Positions 9,623 to 19,000 of a stretch of 62,209 bases of DNA are shown in pieces. A program made the position numbers and the translations under genes. Below the pieces are notes generated by a model. The model was not told where the DNA came from. It was given only the letters and a program-made list of their open reading frames with translations, and made no database searches. Within the stretch, counting starts at the first letter, position 1. Every line of letters starts with the position of its first letter. The DNA comes from a virus (Duplodnaviria > Caudoviricetes): IMG/VR virus record IMGVR_UViG_3300032245_001172, positions 1-62,209 of that record. One strand, written 5' to 3'.

Positions 9623-10504
9623 ATGCCAAAAACATTAACACCAGAGGATATTAAACTTCACGTTACAGATATTTTTAATTTTATATCAGAAGAATCAAAA
9701 ACCTATACTCAAATTCAAAGACACAATTGGAGATTTAGGTCGATTAAAAATATTTTAATTAAAAAAAATATTATTTTTTCACATTACAAAATTAATTCTA
9801 AAAAAACTTATTATAAAAGTGCTTTTTTAAAATTACAACCACATCATCTTTTGCATATTTTAGAAGAATTTAAAAATGATATTAAAAAACAGAATGAAAA
9901 ATTAGTTGATAATTTTATAAAAAAAGATAGAACAACTGAATTAGAACATAATAAAAAAGAAACACTTGAAGAATGTAAAAATTCTGAATATGAAAAAGAA
10001 ATTAAAGATTTAGAATTTAAATTAAATATTGAAACTACTGCAAATGGATGTTTTAAACAAAGAATTAGAGAATTAGAGAAAATTCCATCATCTGCAAGAG
10101 AATTAAAATCTATACATGAAAAAGAAATTAAAAAATTAACAAATCAAATTGAAGTAGCTAATAAAGATTTAGAAACATTCCAAGAAGAACAAATTAAAAT
10201 AAAAGAAGCAATAGATGATTTATCTAAAATAAATGATTTTTTAGAAAATCAAAACAAAAAATTGTTGTCTGAAAAACTTGAATTAGATTCTAAATTAAAA
10301 CAACAAATTCAAGAACACGCTAAAAGATTTGATGAACTTGTTAAAGAAAGAAACAACTACATTTCAGAATATTCAAATTATATAAATGAAAAACTTGTTG
10401 AGATTGCAGATTTAAAAAATAAATTATTAAAAGAAAATAAAATTGTTTGTTACAAAATTTTTGGAATAACAATTTTTAAAGTAACCACAAATAAAAGAAA
10501 CTAA
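9623..10504 (+). CDS. coiled-coil protein
   Basis: Long heptad-rich K/E/L region; TATATTTG at 9581. Confidence 0.7.
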   Translation: MPKTLTPEDIKLHVTDIFNFISEESKTYTQIQRHNWRFRSIKNILIKKNIIFSHYKINSKKTYYKSAFLKLQPHHLLHILEEFKNDIKKQNEKLVDNFIKKDRTTELEHNKKETLEECKNSEYEKEIKDLEFKLNIETTANGCFKQRIRELEKIPSSARELKSIHEKEIKKLTNQIEVANKDLETFQEEQIKIKEAIDDLSKINDFLENQNKKLLSEKLELDSKLKQQIQEHAKRFDELVKERNNYISEYSNYINEKLVEIADLKNKLLKENKIVCYKIFGITIFKVTTNKRN

Positions 10505-10505
10505 A

Positions 10506-11795
10506 ATGGCAAAAGTTATTACAATGGCAACTCCATCCAAAAAAACTAAAAAAGATAAAATTACAAATGTTTTATTTTTCGGAGATTTTAATTGCACAAC
10601 TGGATTTGGAAATGTATCAAAACAATTAGTTGATAATTGGTCAAAAGACAAAAAACTTAAATTAACTATTTTCGCAATTAATGATTTTTCTGAAAAAGCA
10701 TATCAGTATGCAGATAATGTAATGGTAATACCAGCACTTTCTATTTCAGAAACAAAAAAAGATGTGTATTGTAGAATTGAATTTCTAAATTTATTATATC
10801 AAAATGATTTTGATGTTGTTTTTTGCTTAAACGATATTGAAATATTTAATGAAATGGGAGAGCATTTACAAAATGTAAAATCCGAAAAAAGAAAACAAAA
10901 CAAACCTAATTTTAAATCAATTGTTTATTTTCCAATTGATTCAGAGCCAAGACTTAATGATTTAAAGATACTTTCATTTTTTGATGAAGTAGTTACATAC
11001 ACAGAATATGCAAAAAATGTAATGAAACCATTAATTTCAGAAACACAATTTAAAAAAATAAAAGTAATTCCACATGGTTGTGATACAACAAACTTTTTTC
11101 CATTAAATGATTTTGAAAAAGCCAAAATTAAAGAAGAAAAATTTGGAGCAGATAAATTTGTGTTTGGAAGTGTAAACAGAAATTCAGCAAGAAAAGATTT
11201 AGCAAGTTTAATAATCGGATTTGCTATGTTTAAACATAAAAATCAAGCAAATGATGCTATTTTATACTTGCATTGCAATCCATTAGACAAAGCTGGAATA
11301 AACGTTTATAGACTTTGTGAAAGAGTTGGTTTAGAAGTAGGTAAAGATGTAATTGTACCAACTGATTTTAACGAAAATAATGGTGTTTCCGAATCTGAAT
11401 TAAATAAGATTTATAATTCATTTGATTGTTTTATAACTACTACTACTGCCGAAGGTTGGGGATTAACTATTACAGAAGCTATGGCAACAAAAACGTTTGT
11501 AATTTGTCCAAAACATACTTCACTTGCAGAAATTTCAGATAATGGATTAAATACACTTAATTTTATGTTCGACCAGCAATCAGTTTTTGTAAATGATTTT
11601 GAAAAAATTAGATTTACAACAAATCCAAAAGAAGTGGTTACAGTATTAGAAGTTGTTTATGGTTTACATAAAGAACCAGAAGAACTAAAAGATATGGTTA
11701 GAGCAAAAATTGAAAATGCTTATAAAAAAGTTTCTGGAATGAAGTGGGAAACAATTGCTAAAAAATTCAAAGACTTAATTTACAAATTATCATAA
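10506..11795 (+). CDS. glycosyltransferase family 4 (GT-B)
   Basis: TGFGNV, IPHG.D, VNRNSARK, EGWGLTITEAMA. Confidence 0.9.
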   Translation: MAKVITMATPSKKTKKDKITNVLFFGDFNCTTGFGNVSKQLVDNWSKDKKLKLTIFAINDFSEKAYQYADNVMVIPALSISETKKDVYCRIEFLNLLYQNDFDVVFCLNDIEIFNEMGEHLQNVKSEKRKQNKPNFKSIVYFPIDSEPRLNDLKILSFFDEVVTYTEYAKNVMKPLISETQFKKIKVIPHGCDTTNFFPLNDFEKAKIKEEKFGADKFVFGSVNRNSARKDLASLIIGFAMFKHKNQANDAILYLHCNPLDKAGINVYRLCERVGLEVGKDVIVPTDFNENNGVSESELNKIYNSFDCFITTTTAEGWGLTITEAMATKTFVICPKHTSLAEISDNGLNTLNFMFDQQSVFVNDFEKIRFTTNPKEVVTVLEVVYGLHKEPEELKDMVRAKIENAYKKVSGMKWETIAKKFKDLIYKLS

Positions 11796-11801
11796 ACCAA
11801 G

Positions 11802-11840
11802 AAACCAATTGCAAGGATAAATGCTACAAATACTATGGAA
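11802..11840 (+). repeat. 39-bp gene-leader repeat, copy 1
   Basis: AAACCAATTGCAAGGATAAATGCTACAAATACTATGGAA, ending in the ATG GAA of ORF 11835. Confidence 0.95.
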
Positions 11841-12074
11841 ATTACAGATTTATGGGTAAAAGTAACATACGAAGTTAGATTAGGAGATTTAGAAATGCCA
11901 CAAGAAGTTTTTGACGAAATTAATGAAGCTATTGATAGGGGTCGTGATATAGATACTATGTCGGGTAATCAAGATGATGATTATATAAACGCTTCTGAAT
12001 GGCTTACAGATAATATAAAAGAAAAAGATTGTATGGAATGGAAAGTTGAAATTATAGAAATAATTGAAAAATAA
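11835..12074 (+). CDS. acidic hypothetical protein (cassette 1)
   Basis: ATG supplied by repeat; D/E-rich. Confidence 0.75.
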   Translation: MEITDLWVKVTYEVRLGDLEMPQEVFDEINEAIDRGRDIDTMSGNQDDDYINASEWLTDNIKEKDCMEWKVEIIEIIEK

Positions 12075-12078
12075 TACA

Positions 12079-12117
12079 AACCCAATTGCAAGGATAAGTG
12101 CTACAAATATTATGGAA
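12079..12117 (+). repeat. 39-bp gene-leader repeat, copy 2
   Basis: AACCCAATTGCAAGGATAAGTGCTACAAATATTATGGAA. Confidence 0.95.
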
Positions 12118-12378
12118 TTATTTGATTTTGGTCAAGCTATAAAATGCTTGAAAGAAGGTAAAAAATTATCAAGAAAAGGATGGAATGGAAGCGGAATGTA
12201 CGCTTATTATGTACCAGAAAATTCATATCCAGCACAAACAGAAATAGCTAAAAAAGAATTTGGAGAATTAGTGCCTTACAGACCTTATTTAGCTTTAAAA
12301 ACTGCTCAAAACGATATTGCTACATGGAATCCAAGTACTTCTGATTGTTTAGCAGAAGATTGGTTTGTTGTAGAATAG
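12112..12378 (+). CDS. DUF2829 / Tad2-like (Thoeris anti-defence) protein (cassette 2)
   Basis: FGQAIKCLKEGKKLSRKGWNG.GM...W.PS..D.LAEDW; true start is the ATG inside the repeat. Confidence 0.8.
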   Translation: MELFDFGQAIKCLKEGKKLSRKGWNGSGMYAYYVPENSYPAQTEIAKKEFGELVPYRPYLALKTAQNDIATWNPSTSDCLAEDWFVVE

Positions 12379-12396
12379 ATTATTAATAAAAAAAAG

Positions 12397-12435
12397 AAAC
12401 CGATTGCAAGGATAAGTGCTACAAATACTATGGAA
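12397..12435 (+). repeat. 39-bp gene-leader repeat, copy 3
   Basis: AAACCGATTGCAAGGATAAGTGCTACAAATACTATGGAA. Confidence 0.95.
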
Positions 12436-12663
12436 TTATCAGTAAACGAAAGAGGAACAATTGAATTAAAAGAAGTTTATAATCCAATAAAACTAATTTC
12501 AGATGAAAAAGAAGAACTAATTGTTTGTATGAGGGATAGTGGTTTTGAAATTATGTATCAAGGCAAAAATTATTCTTTAAAGGAAAATGAATTAAAAGAA
12601 AAGCACCTATCCCTTTAATGGAATAAAATTTGATATAAAACCCTAATAATAAAGGCAAAAGCA

Positions 12664-13623
12664 ATGAATTTAATAGAAGTAAATAAAAATTATAATACTC
12701 AAGCAAAATGCTTGGTTTTGTTGGAAAAATTACGTTGGGGTAAAAACGTAAAATGCACTTTTTGTTCATCTAACAAGGTTAGTATGATAAAAAGTGAGCA
12801 GGGGCGGTACTCTTGTAAGAATTGTAAAAAGTCATTTTCTGTGATTGTTGGGACAATTTTTGAAGAAACAAGATTGCCTTTACCTATATGGTTTCAGGGT
12901 ATTGCTTTAATGCTAAATGCAAAAAGCAGTATGTCTGCAAAGGAAATTCAACGAAATCTTGGAATCACATATAAAACATCCTATTATATGTGTATGAGGA
13001 TTCGTATTGGGATGTTAATGCCTGAAACAAAGTTAAACGGGATAATAGAGATGGACGAAAGTTACTTTGGAGGTAAAGCACGTTCAGGACATAAAATACC
13101 TGATAACGAAGTTAGTTTAGCAACTGCTACACAAAAAAGAGGGCGAGGCACAAATAAAGTTTCTGTTGTTGGAATGGTTCAGCGAAAAGGAAATGTAAAG
13201 ACTAAATTAATAGATAAATTAACAAAAAGAAATTTATTATTTATGCTTAAATCTAATGCTAAAAGCGATAATTCGATTTTAATGACAGATGGATTTAAAA
13301 GTTACAAAGAACTTGAAACATATATTGACCGCCTTGTAATTAATCATTCAAAAGAGTATAGTAAAGGAATAGTGCATATCAATACAATTGAGGGTTTTTG
13401 GAGTTATGTTAAAAACGGAATAAAAGGAAGTTTTAAATCCGTAAGCAAAAAATATCTTCCATTATATTTAGTTGAGTTTGAATGGAAATTTAATCATAGA
13501 TATTTCAAAGGAAATGAATTTGAAAAGTTTCTTAAAAACGCATTATTTCAAGAAAAAGAATTAGAACATTGGAAAGCCCAAAGTTCTCAACAAATTAAAA
13601 AAATAGCGTATGGAAACGAATAA
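12664..13623 (+). CDS. IS1595-family DDE transposase
   Basis: CxxC..CxxC Zn ribbon, EMDESYFGG, KRGRGT, MTDG, INHS, HINTIEGFWS, YLVEFEWKFN. Confidence 0.95.
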   Translation: MNLIEVNKNYNTQAKCLVLLEKLRWGKNVKCTFCSSNKVSMIKSEQGRYSCKNCKKSFSVIVGTIFEETRLPLPIWFQGIALMLNAKSSMSAKEIQRNLGITYKTSYYMCMRIRIGMLMPETKLNGIIEMDESYFGGKARSGHKIPDNEVSLATATQKRGRGTNKVSVVGMVQRKGNVKTKLIDKLTKRNLLFMLKSNAKSDNSILMTDGFKSYKELETYIDRLVINHSKEYSKGIVHINTIEGFWSYVKNGIKGSFKSVSKKYLPLYLVEFEWKFNHRYFKGNEFEKFLKNALFQEKELEHWKAQSSQQIKKIAYGNE

Positions 13624-13792
13624 TAAAAAAGAACAAGAACATTTAACAACTAACTTAAAAGTTGAATTTTCTATTTGTTGTAAAAAATGCGGACAAAAAA
13701 CATCTGGCAATTATACATTAATAAGGAAAATAGATATAAATGAAGATGATAGTTTAATCCCTATTATTGATATTTACAAAGAACCTAAATAA
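13610..13792 (+). CDS. small IS passenger ORF
   Basis: Overlaps transposase end; CKKC. Confidence 0.4.
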   Translation: METNNKKEQEHLTTNLKVEFSICCKKCGQKTSGNYTLIRKIDINEDDSLIPIIDIYKEPK

Positions 13793-13989
13793 GGTTTTTT
13801 GCTAATCAATTCTAATAACTTATTTTTCTCTAATTGGTTTTTTGTTTTTATAGAGTAAGTAAGGTATTCTAAATCGTTTTCATTTATTAATACATTATTA
13901 GAAATTTTGTTTAATTCGGAATTAAAATTAGATAAATCTTTCTTTGCTTCTTTATTTGTAGGTATTGGTATTCTGAATTTAATTTCCAT
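13774..13989 (-). CDS. IS passenger, hypothetical
   Basis: Minus-strand TACATTTG near 14035 upstream. Confidence 0.5.
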   Translation of the reverse strand: MEIKFRIPIPTNKEAKKDLSNFNSELNKISNNVLINENDLEYLTYSIKTKNQLEKNKLLELISKKPYLGSL

Positions 13990-14069
13990 AGTATATATAT
14001 TAAGTGGTTAAATTTAACTTCCATTAAGTATATACAAATGTATAAAAAAGTTCTTTGATAAAATAAAAA

Positions 14070-14094
14070 AAAGCGAGGTACAATGCCTCGCTTT
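14070..14094. terminator. intrinsic terminator
   Basis: AAGCGAGG-tacaatg-CCTCGCTT hairpin with A/T tails. Confidence 0.7.
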
Positions 14095-14119
14095 AATAAA
14101 GTGAATATTATAATTGTTT

Positions 14120-14680
14120 TTACCAAGTATATGAAACGTAAATATTGTATTTAGTATTTCCGTTAATTATTGGAATTACTGATGGGAAATTATTAAATGA
14201 ATTATAAATACTAAAAAACGAGGTACTCATACTCTGAAAGGTATTGTTGCTATCTATATCTCTTAATTCAATTTTAAATAAATTATTTACATTGGTTATT
14301 TGAAGTGGATTAGGATATGTGTATGTATATACCGTATTTGCTTGAGCGTTATTAAAAGCATTAGTACTTGTATTAGAAAATAATGTTGATGTAGTTGCGT
14401 CTGAAAATAATATTGCTATGTCAGGTGCGTTTTGACTTGAGTCTAAAGGAACATAATCCCAAAAACCAGTTACTGCGGAAGGGTCTGTTGCAGGAAAACT
14501 AACAATTTCAATTTTAGAAATAGAAATTTTAGTTGGTGTTACTTGAATTGAGCAATTGCTTCCTGTGTAACCTTGAGGACAATTTGGAACAGGACTTGAA
14601 TTTGTTTCAGAATCTTCAGAACAACTAAAAGCCGTTAAAATTAAAAATAAAACGAATGATTTTTTAAATAGTGTTTTCAT
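14120..14680 (-). CDS. IS passenger lipoprotein with EGF-like Cys motif
   Basis: MKTLFKKSFVLFLILTAFSC lipobox; CPQGYTGSNC. Confidence 0.75.
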   Translation of the reverse strand: MKTLFKKSFVLFLILTAFSCSEDSETNSSPVPNCPQGYTGSNCSIQVTPTKISISKIEIVSFPATDPSAVTGFWDYVPLDSSQNAPDIAILFSDATTSTLFSNTSTNAFNNAQANTVYTYTYPNPLQITNVNNLFKIELRDIDSNNTFQSMSTSFFSIYNSFNNFPSVIPIINGNTKYNIYVSYTW

Positions 14681-15146
14681 AAAATTTCTTGATAAACCTT
14701 GTTCCGTAGGTTTTTTAAAATTAGTTAAAAACCAAAAGCGTGGAACAAACTCCAATCTGTAACTCGGGTATCGCCAAACACCCACTCAACAAGATAAGAG
14801 AAGTCCACGCAGTTCGTGAACGTTCACTTATTAATTCTTTGTTGAGTTTTTTGAAATTGGCGATTTCGAGTAACAAGATTAATAGCTAACGCTTATGGTA
14901 TGGTAAGAACGTTTATTTGATATTCACTTTATTTTAATTTTATTTTGTCAAATGTATTAAAAAGAAAAACATAAACAAACAATAAAAAACAATATTCCAT
15001 TAAAGGGATAAGTACGAAAAGAAATGAGAAATTTTAAGAATGTAAAAAGCAATAAAGATACAATTGAAGAATTAAACACTATTTATGGAGATTGCTCAAT
15101 AGACCAAACTTCAAATTTTCAAGTTCCATCTAATTAATAAGCCAAA

Positions 15147-15185
15147 AAACCAATTGCAAGGATAAATGCTACAAATACTATGGAA
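15147..15185 (+). repeat. 39-bp gene-leader repeat, copy 4
   Basis: AAACCAATTGCAAGGATAAATGCTACAAATACTATGGAA, identical to copy 1. Confidence 0.95.
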
Positions 15186-15440
15186 AATCAAACACAAAGA
15201 GAATTAACATTCGGAGAAAAAGCAGTAGGATTAACTTTTAATCCATCTGGAGATGAAAAAGTAAATAAAGCAAAGCGATTAATGGCAGATGCTTTAGACT
15301 TGCTAAAAGATTCAGAATTAGAAAAAACAGAATACGGAAATAAAATGACAAGTTGGGAAGCAAATGTTTTTAGAACAAATGCTTTCAATAAAATTGTTGA
15401 TGCTCAAATGTCTTTAGTTAAATACATAACGTGGAAATAA
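15180..15440 (+). CDS. Acb2/Tad1-like helical-hairpin protein (cassette 4)
   Basis: TFGEKAVGLTFNPSG...AQM.LVK.ITW pattern; family link recalled, not searched. Confidence 0.55.
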   Translation: MENQTQRELTFGEKAVGLTFNPSGDEKVNKAKRLMADALDLLKDSELEKTEYGNKMTSWEANVFRTNAFNKIVDAQMSLVKYITWK

Positions 15441-15443
15441 GAT

Positions 15444-15656
15444 ATGGAAAATACATTTTTAGACAGATTAAAAACTGAAAAAAACGAACTACTTGATAAA
15501 ACAACTAAATTAGGAATGTTTTTAACATCCGATAAATCAAAAGAATTGTCAGATGCAAATATTTTATTATTAAAGCAACAATTTGAGATAATGAACGCTT
15601 ATTTAAATATTTTGATAATTAGAGTAGAATTATTAGAAGCGACAGAAAGTAAATAA
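15444..15656 (+). CDS. crAss001_48-like protein
   Basis: RL..EK.EL..K..KL..F...LL..Q...M..YL.IL..R. Confidence 0.65.
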   Translation: MENTFLDRLKTEKNELLDKTTKLGMFLTSDKSKELSDANILLLKQQFEIMNAYLNILIIRVELLEATESK

Positions 15657-15660
15657 CAAA

Positions 15661-15686
15661 AAAAACCACCAATTAGGTGGTTTTTC
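15661..15686. terminator. bidirectional intrinsic terminator
   Basis: AAAAACCACC-aatta-GGTGGTTTTT between convergent ORFs. Confidence 0.85.
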
Positions 15687-15702
15687 TTTTTGTCTTTTAA
15701 AA

Positions 15703-15822
15703 TTATTTTTTAAAAGCACCAACTTTGTAGGCAACTAATACCAATAAGGCAATAGTAATTGTGTTATGAACGTTTGTTCCACCTAACCAATTTGGAGATT
15801 TAATGTCGAATAATCCTTCCAT
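15703..15822 (-). CDS. 39-aa single-TM peptide
   Basis: MEGLFDIKSPNWLGGTNVHNTITIALLVLVAYKVGAFKK; own TACATTTG (15854-15861) and terminator. Confidence 0.7.
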   Translation of the reverse strand: MEGLFDIKSPNWLGGTNVHNTITIALLVLVAYKVGAFKK

Positions 15823-16004
15823 CTTTTTTAGTTTTTATATTAATTAATAACAACAAATGTAAACAAAGACAATTAATATTATAAATAATAAAAAAAGAAT
15901 AATCGAAACAAATAGTAAGCTAAATTATTTTATTTAAAAGAAATTAAAAAAAGTTATTATTTATAATAAAACCATTATATTTGTTTTTTGATATAAAAAT
16001 AATT

Positions 16005-19000
16005 ATGAAAAAAAATAAATTCACAGAATCTAAAGCTGAAAACAACCCTACTGGTGGTGTTTTAGTCGGTAAAAGACAAGGGCAAACAATAATTCATAAT
16101 AAAGGAACATTAAGTGGTTATTTAGTTGGTAAAACACACGCAGAAGGTGGTATAAAAGCAATAAATAAATCTACTGGACAACCATTAGAAATGCAAGGTG
16201 GAGAAGTTGTTATTACTGCACCAGCAGTTTCAGACCAAACAAAACATAATTTTGATGGAGAAATGCTTACGAATCGTGAAATACTTTCAAAAATTAACGA
16301 AAAAGGTGGTGGTGTATCATTTGCAAAAGGTGGAGATGTTCCAAAAAAATTAAAATCAACTGGTGCAAGTTATAATTATGGAGGTCAAACTATGACAGAC
16401 CATGAAATTGTTACTTTAATAAATGGTGGATATGTAAGTTATAAAGATAAATATAACAGAAAATATAAATACAAAAAAAATACTTCACATAGTTTAGAAG
16501 AAATTGCAAAAGATACTGGAATTTCACTAAAAGGAATTAAGCAAATTTACAATAAAGGAATCGGTGCTTATAAAACTAATCCATCCAGCGTTAGACCAAA
16601 TGTTAAGTCAAAAGAACAATGGGCAATGGCAAGAGTTTATAGTGCAGTTATGGGTGGTAAAGCATCTAAAATTGATTCTAATGAATTAAAAATGAATAAT
16701 GGTGGAAAAGTAAATTTAGTTTCTGAATCAAAAAAAGGCGACCATACTTCAAGAGATTTAAATAATTATAATGATTTATTAGATGTTGGAGCAGATGGAG
16801 AAGTTGGTATGGATAATGGATTAGCTTTTGCAAAAGGTGGAAGTCTGGATTTTTTAGATGATGTAGAACAAATTTTTGCCAGAGGTGGTGCTACTGATAT
16901 TATTGTAAACAACTGGAATGATATACCAGATGATTTTAAAAGCATTACATTACCTAAACAGATTGAATGGTCAGCAAACCCAACTAACAAAGGTTTATAT
17001 GAAATTGTAAAACCATTTTTAGAAGTAAAAGACACAAGACCAGCAATGCAAGGTATTAACTTTGATGATATTGGTATTACTGCTACTAATTCACACATTT
17101 TATTAAATATACCTTATGCAGATACTGGATTTGAAGGAGTTTATAAGCCAGTTAAATTACCAAAATCTGATTTAATTTCATCCACTAAAATTGATGTAAA
17201 ATATCCAAATTATAAACAAGTAATTCCTACTGAAAAAGATATAACTAAAGTTTTTGAATATATAAATATAGAAAAACTATTAACTTATTGTAAAATTGCA
17301 AAAAATTTTTCTGGAAAAAATGAAATTGTTTTTAAAATTAATAATGAACAAATGCAATTTTTTCCAGATTATATAATAGATGTTATAACTTCTTGGATTA
17401 AACTTACTGGTTTATCTTATGCTGATATTAGTTTTCAAACAAATAGGAAAGCATTAGTATTTAGTGGAAATCCAACTTTTACTTTAGGTATAAATAGAAT
17501 TGCTTTAATAATGCCTTCTATTTATGGTAGTCAAAGAAAATTAGGTGCAAGAAACGAAAAGAAAAAAGCAGAATTAAATGTTTACTTTGATTTTGATAAT
17601 AATGAAATTCATAATTCAGATGGAAGTGTAGTAACTGATTGGAGTGAGAAACCTAAAAAAACTCGTAAGCCACGAGCAAAAAAGGTAACAGAAACTACTT
17701 TAACAGAATTACCAGAACTTATAAAAATAGGTTTTGCTGATTCAATTGAAATATTACCAAAACCAATAAGAGATTTAATTGCTTATGAGCAATTACTGAT
17801 GGGAGCAACAATGGAAGAAGTTGTAAAATCTTCAAAAAGCGATACAATAAATAGTGTTTTTGGTTGGGATGATACAACTGATGGAGGAGATTTTTGGTCA
17901 AGAATTTCTAATGGTAATTTATTTTATTTTAAAGAAAAATACGGAAAAGCTGGAGAGAAGGCAACTGAATTATTAAATAAATTTTTAGATAAAAAAGGTT
18001 TAACTACATCTGAAACTAAACCATTTGATTTAACAAATACAAAAATCTGGATTGGAGATAATCCAGAATTATCAAGAGCAGTCCAAATGAAAGCATTTCA
18101 ATTAGGATGGAGATGGTCGTCTGGAAAAACACCTAAATATTTAGAAGGAAAAAGTTTGTTTTTTTACGATGATAAGTCAATAGCATATTCTACTAATAGT
18201 AAAACTAATTTTGATAACGACCCTAAAAGAGAAATTTTTGCATCTGATTTAACGTCAGAAGCACAAGCACAATTACCAAAGACAACTTCTGTCGAACCTA
18301 AACCTATTTTAGAAAAAGTTAATTTTGAATTAGAACATAAGTTTTTAACCAGCAGAATAAATGATTTATCTTTAGAACTAAATGTAAAGAAACTTATTTT
18401 AAGTAGAGAAGAAATTAGTTTCTACCAAAGAGAAATTAATAAGTTTATTCAGTTGTTAAGAAACGTAAATGAAAAAGAACAAGCGAGTAAAACTATTTCA
18501 GAAAGATTTGATGCTATTTATTCTGTGAAGTTTGGAGATTTCAAAAAAGAATATCCAACTGCTGATTTAAAATCTATAAATGGATTAACAACAGAATTAA
18601 CAGAGCAAGAATATTTAGATGTTAGAACACCAGAATTTAAAGCATTTTTTGGAGATTGGCAAAACGCTTATCTAACAAATAATTACGATTCTGTATCTAA
18701 AGTCGTTAATGAAAAAACAAAAGAACCAATGCCAGTTTATCATGGTACAAATGTTTTGTTTACAAATTGGAAAACATACGAAACTAACAATGCACATTAT
18801 TTTGCAGTAAGAAGGGATTTTTCAGATTTCTTTGCAACAACTTGGGAAGAAAGAACTGATAAGAGTGCATTAGATTCAAAAACAATAAAAAGTTTAAACC
18901 CAAACAAAGGTACGTTTATGTTTAGATGTTTTATTGATGTAAAGAATCCAATTGACTTTTCAAAATTTGGTGTAGAAAAATATCCAGTAAGTGATTTTTT

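Larger units (their letters stand above)
12602..15016 (+). mobile_element. IS1595-family element with passenger genes
   Basis: Imperfect 24-bp TIRs AGCACCTATCCCTTTAATGGAATA (12602) / TATTCCATTAAAGGGATAAGTACG (14993); 8-bp TSD AAAAGAAA (12594-12601, 15017-15024). Confidence 0.9.
12430..15137 (+). pseudogene. cassette 3 ORF (~95 aa) split by IS1595 (12430..12601 + 15025..15137)
   Basis: Removing the IS and one TSD joins ...NELKE to MRNFKNVKSNKDTIEELNTIYGDCSIDQTSNFQVPSN* in frame. Confidence 0.8.

Noticed and set aside
11811-11820. CsrA-binding site (CAAGGAT) in the repeat loop
   Set aside because: The match is short, no csrA-like gene is in the window, and I cannot support CsrA regulation in this host group
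12064-12111. N-terminal extensions in the ORF track (also 15981, 14785, 33001, 36880, 43712, 47543, 60578, 61500)
   Set aside because: They run through repeats, promoters or upstream genes; downstream ATGs fit better
11802-15185. 39-bp repeats as a CRISPR array
   Set aside because: The intervening sequences are whole ORFs of more than 230 bp, the repeats contain start codons, and no cas genes are visible
16050-16330. Tape-measure protein, from the GKTHAEGG..EMQGGEVVI motif
   Set aside because: The rest of the protein is not a long helical repeat and no tail genes are adjacent
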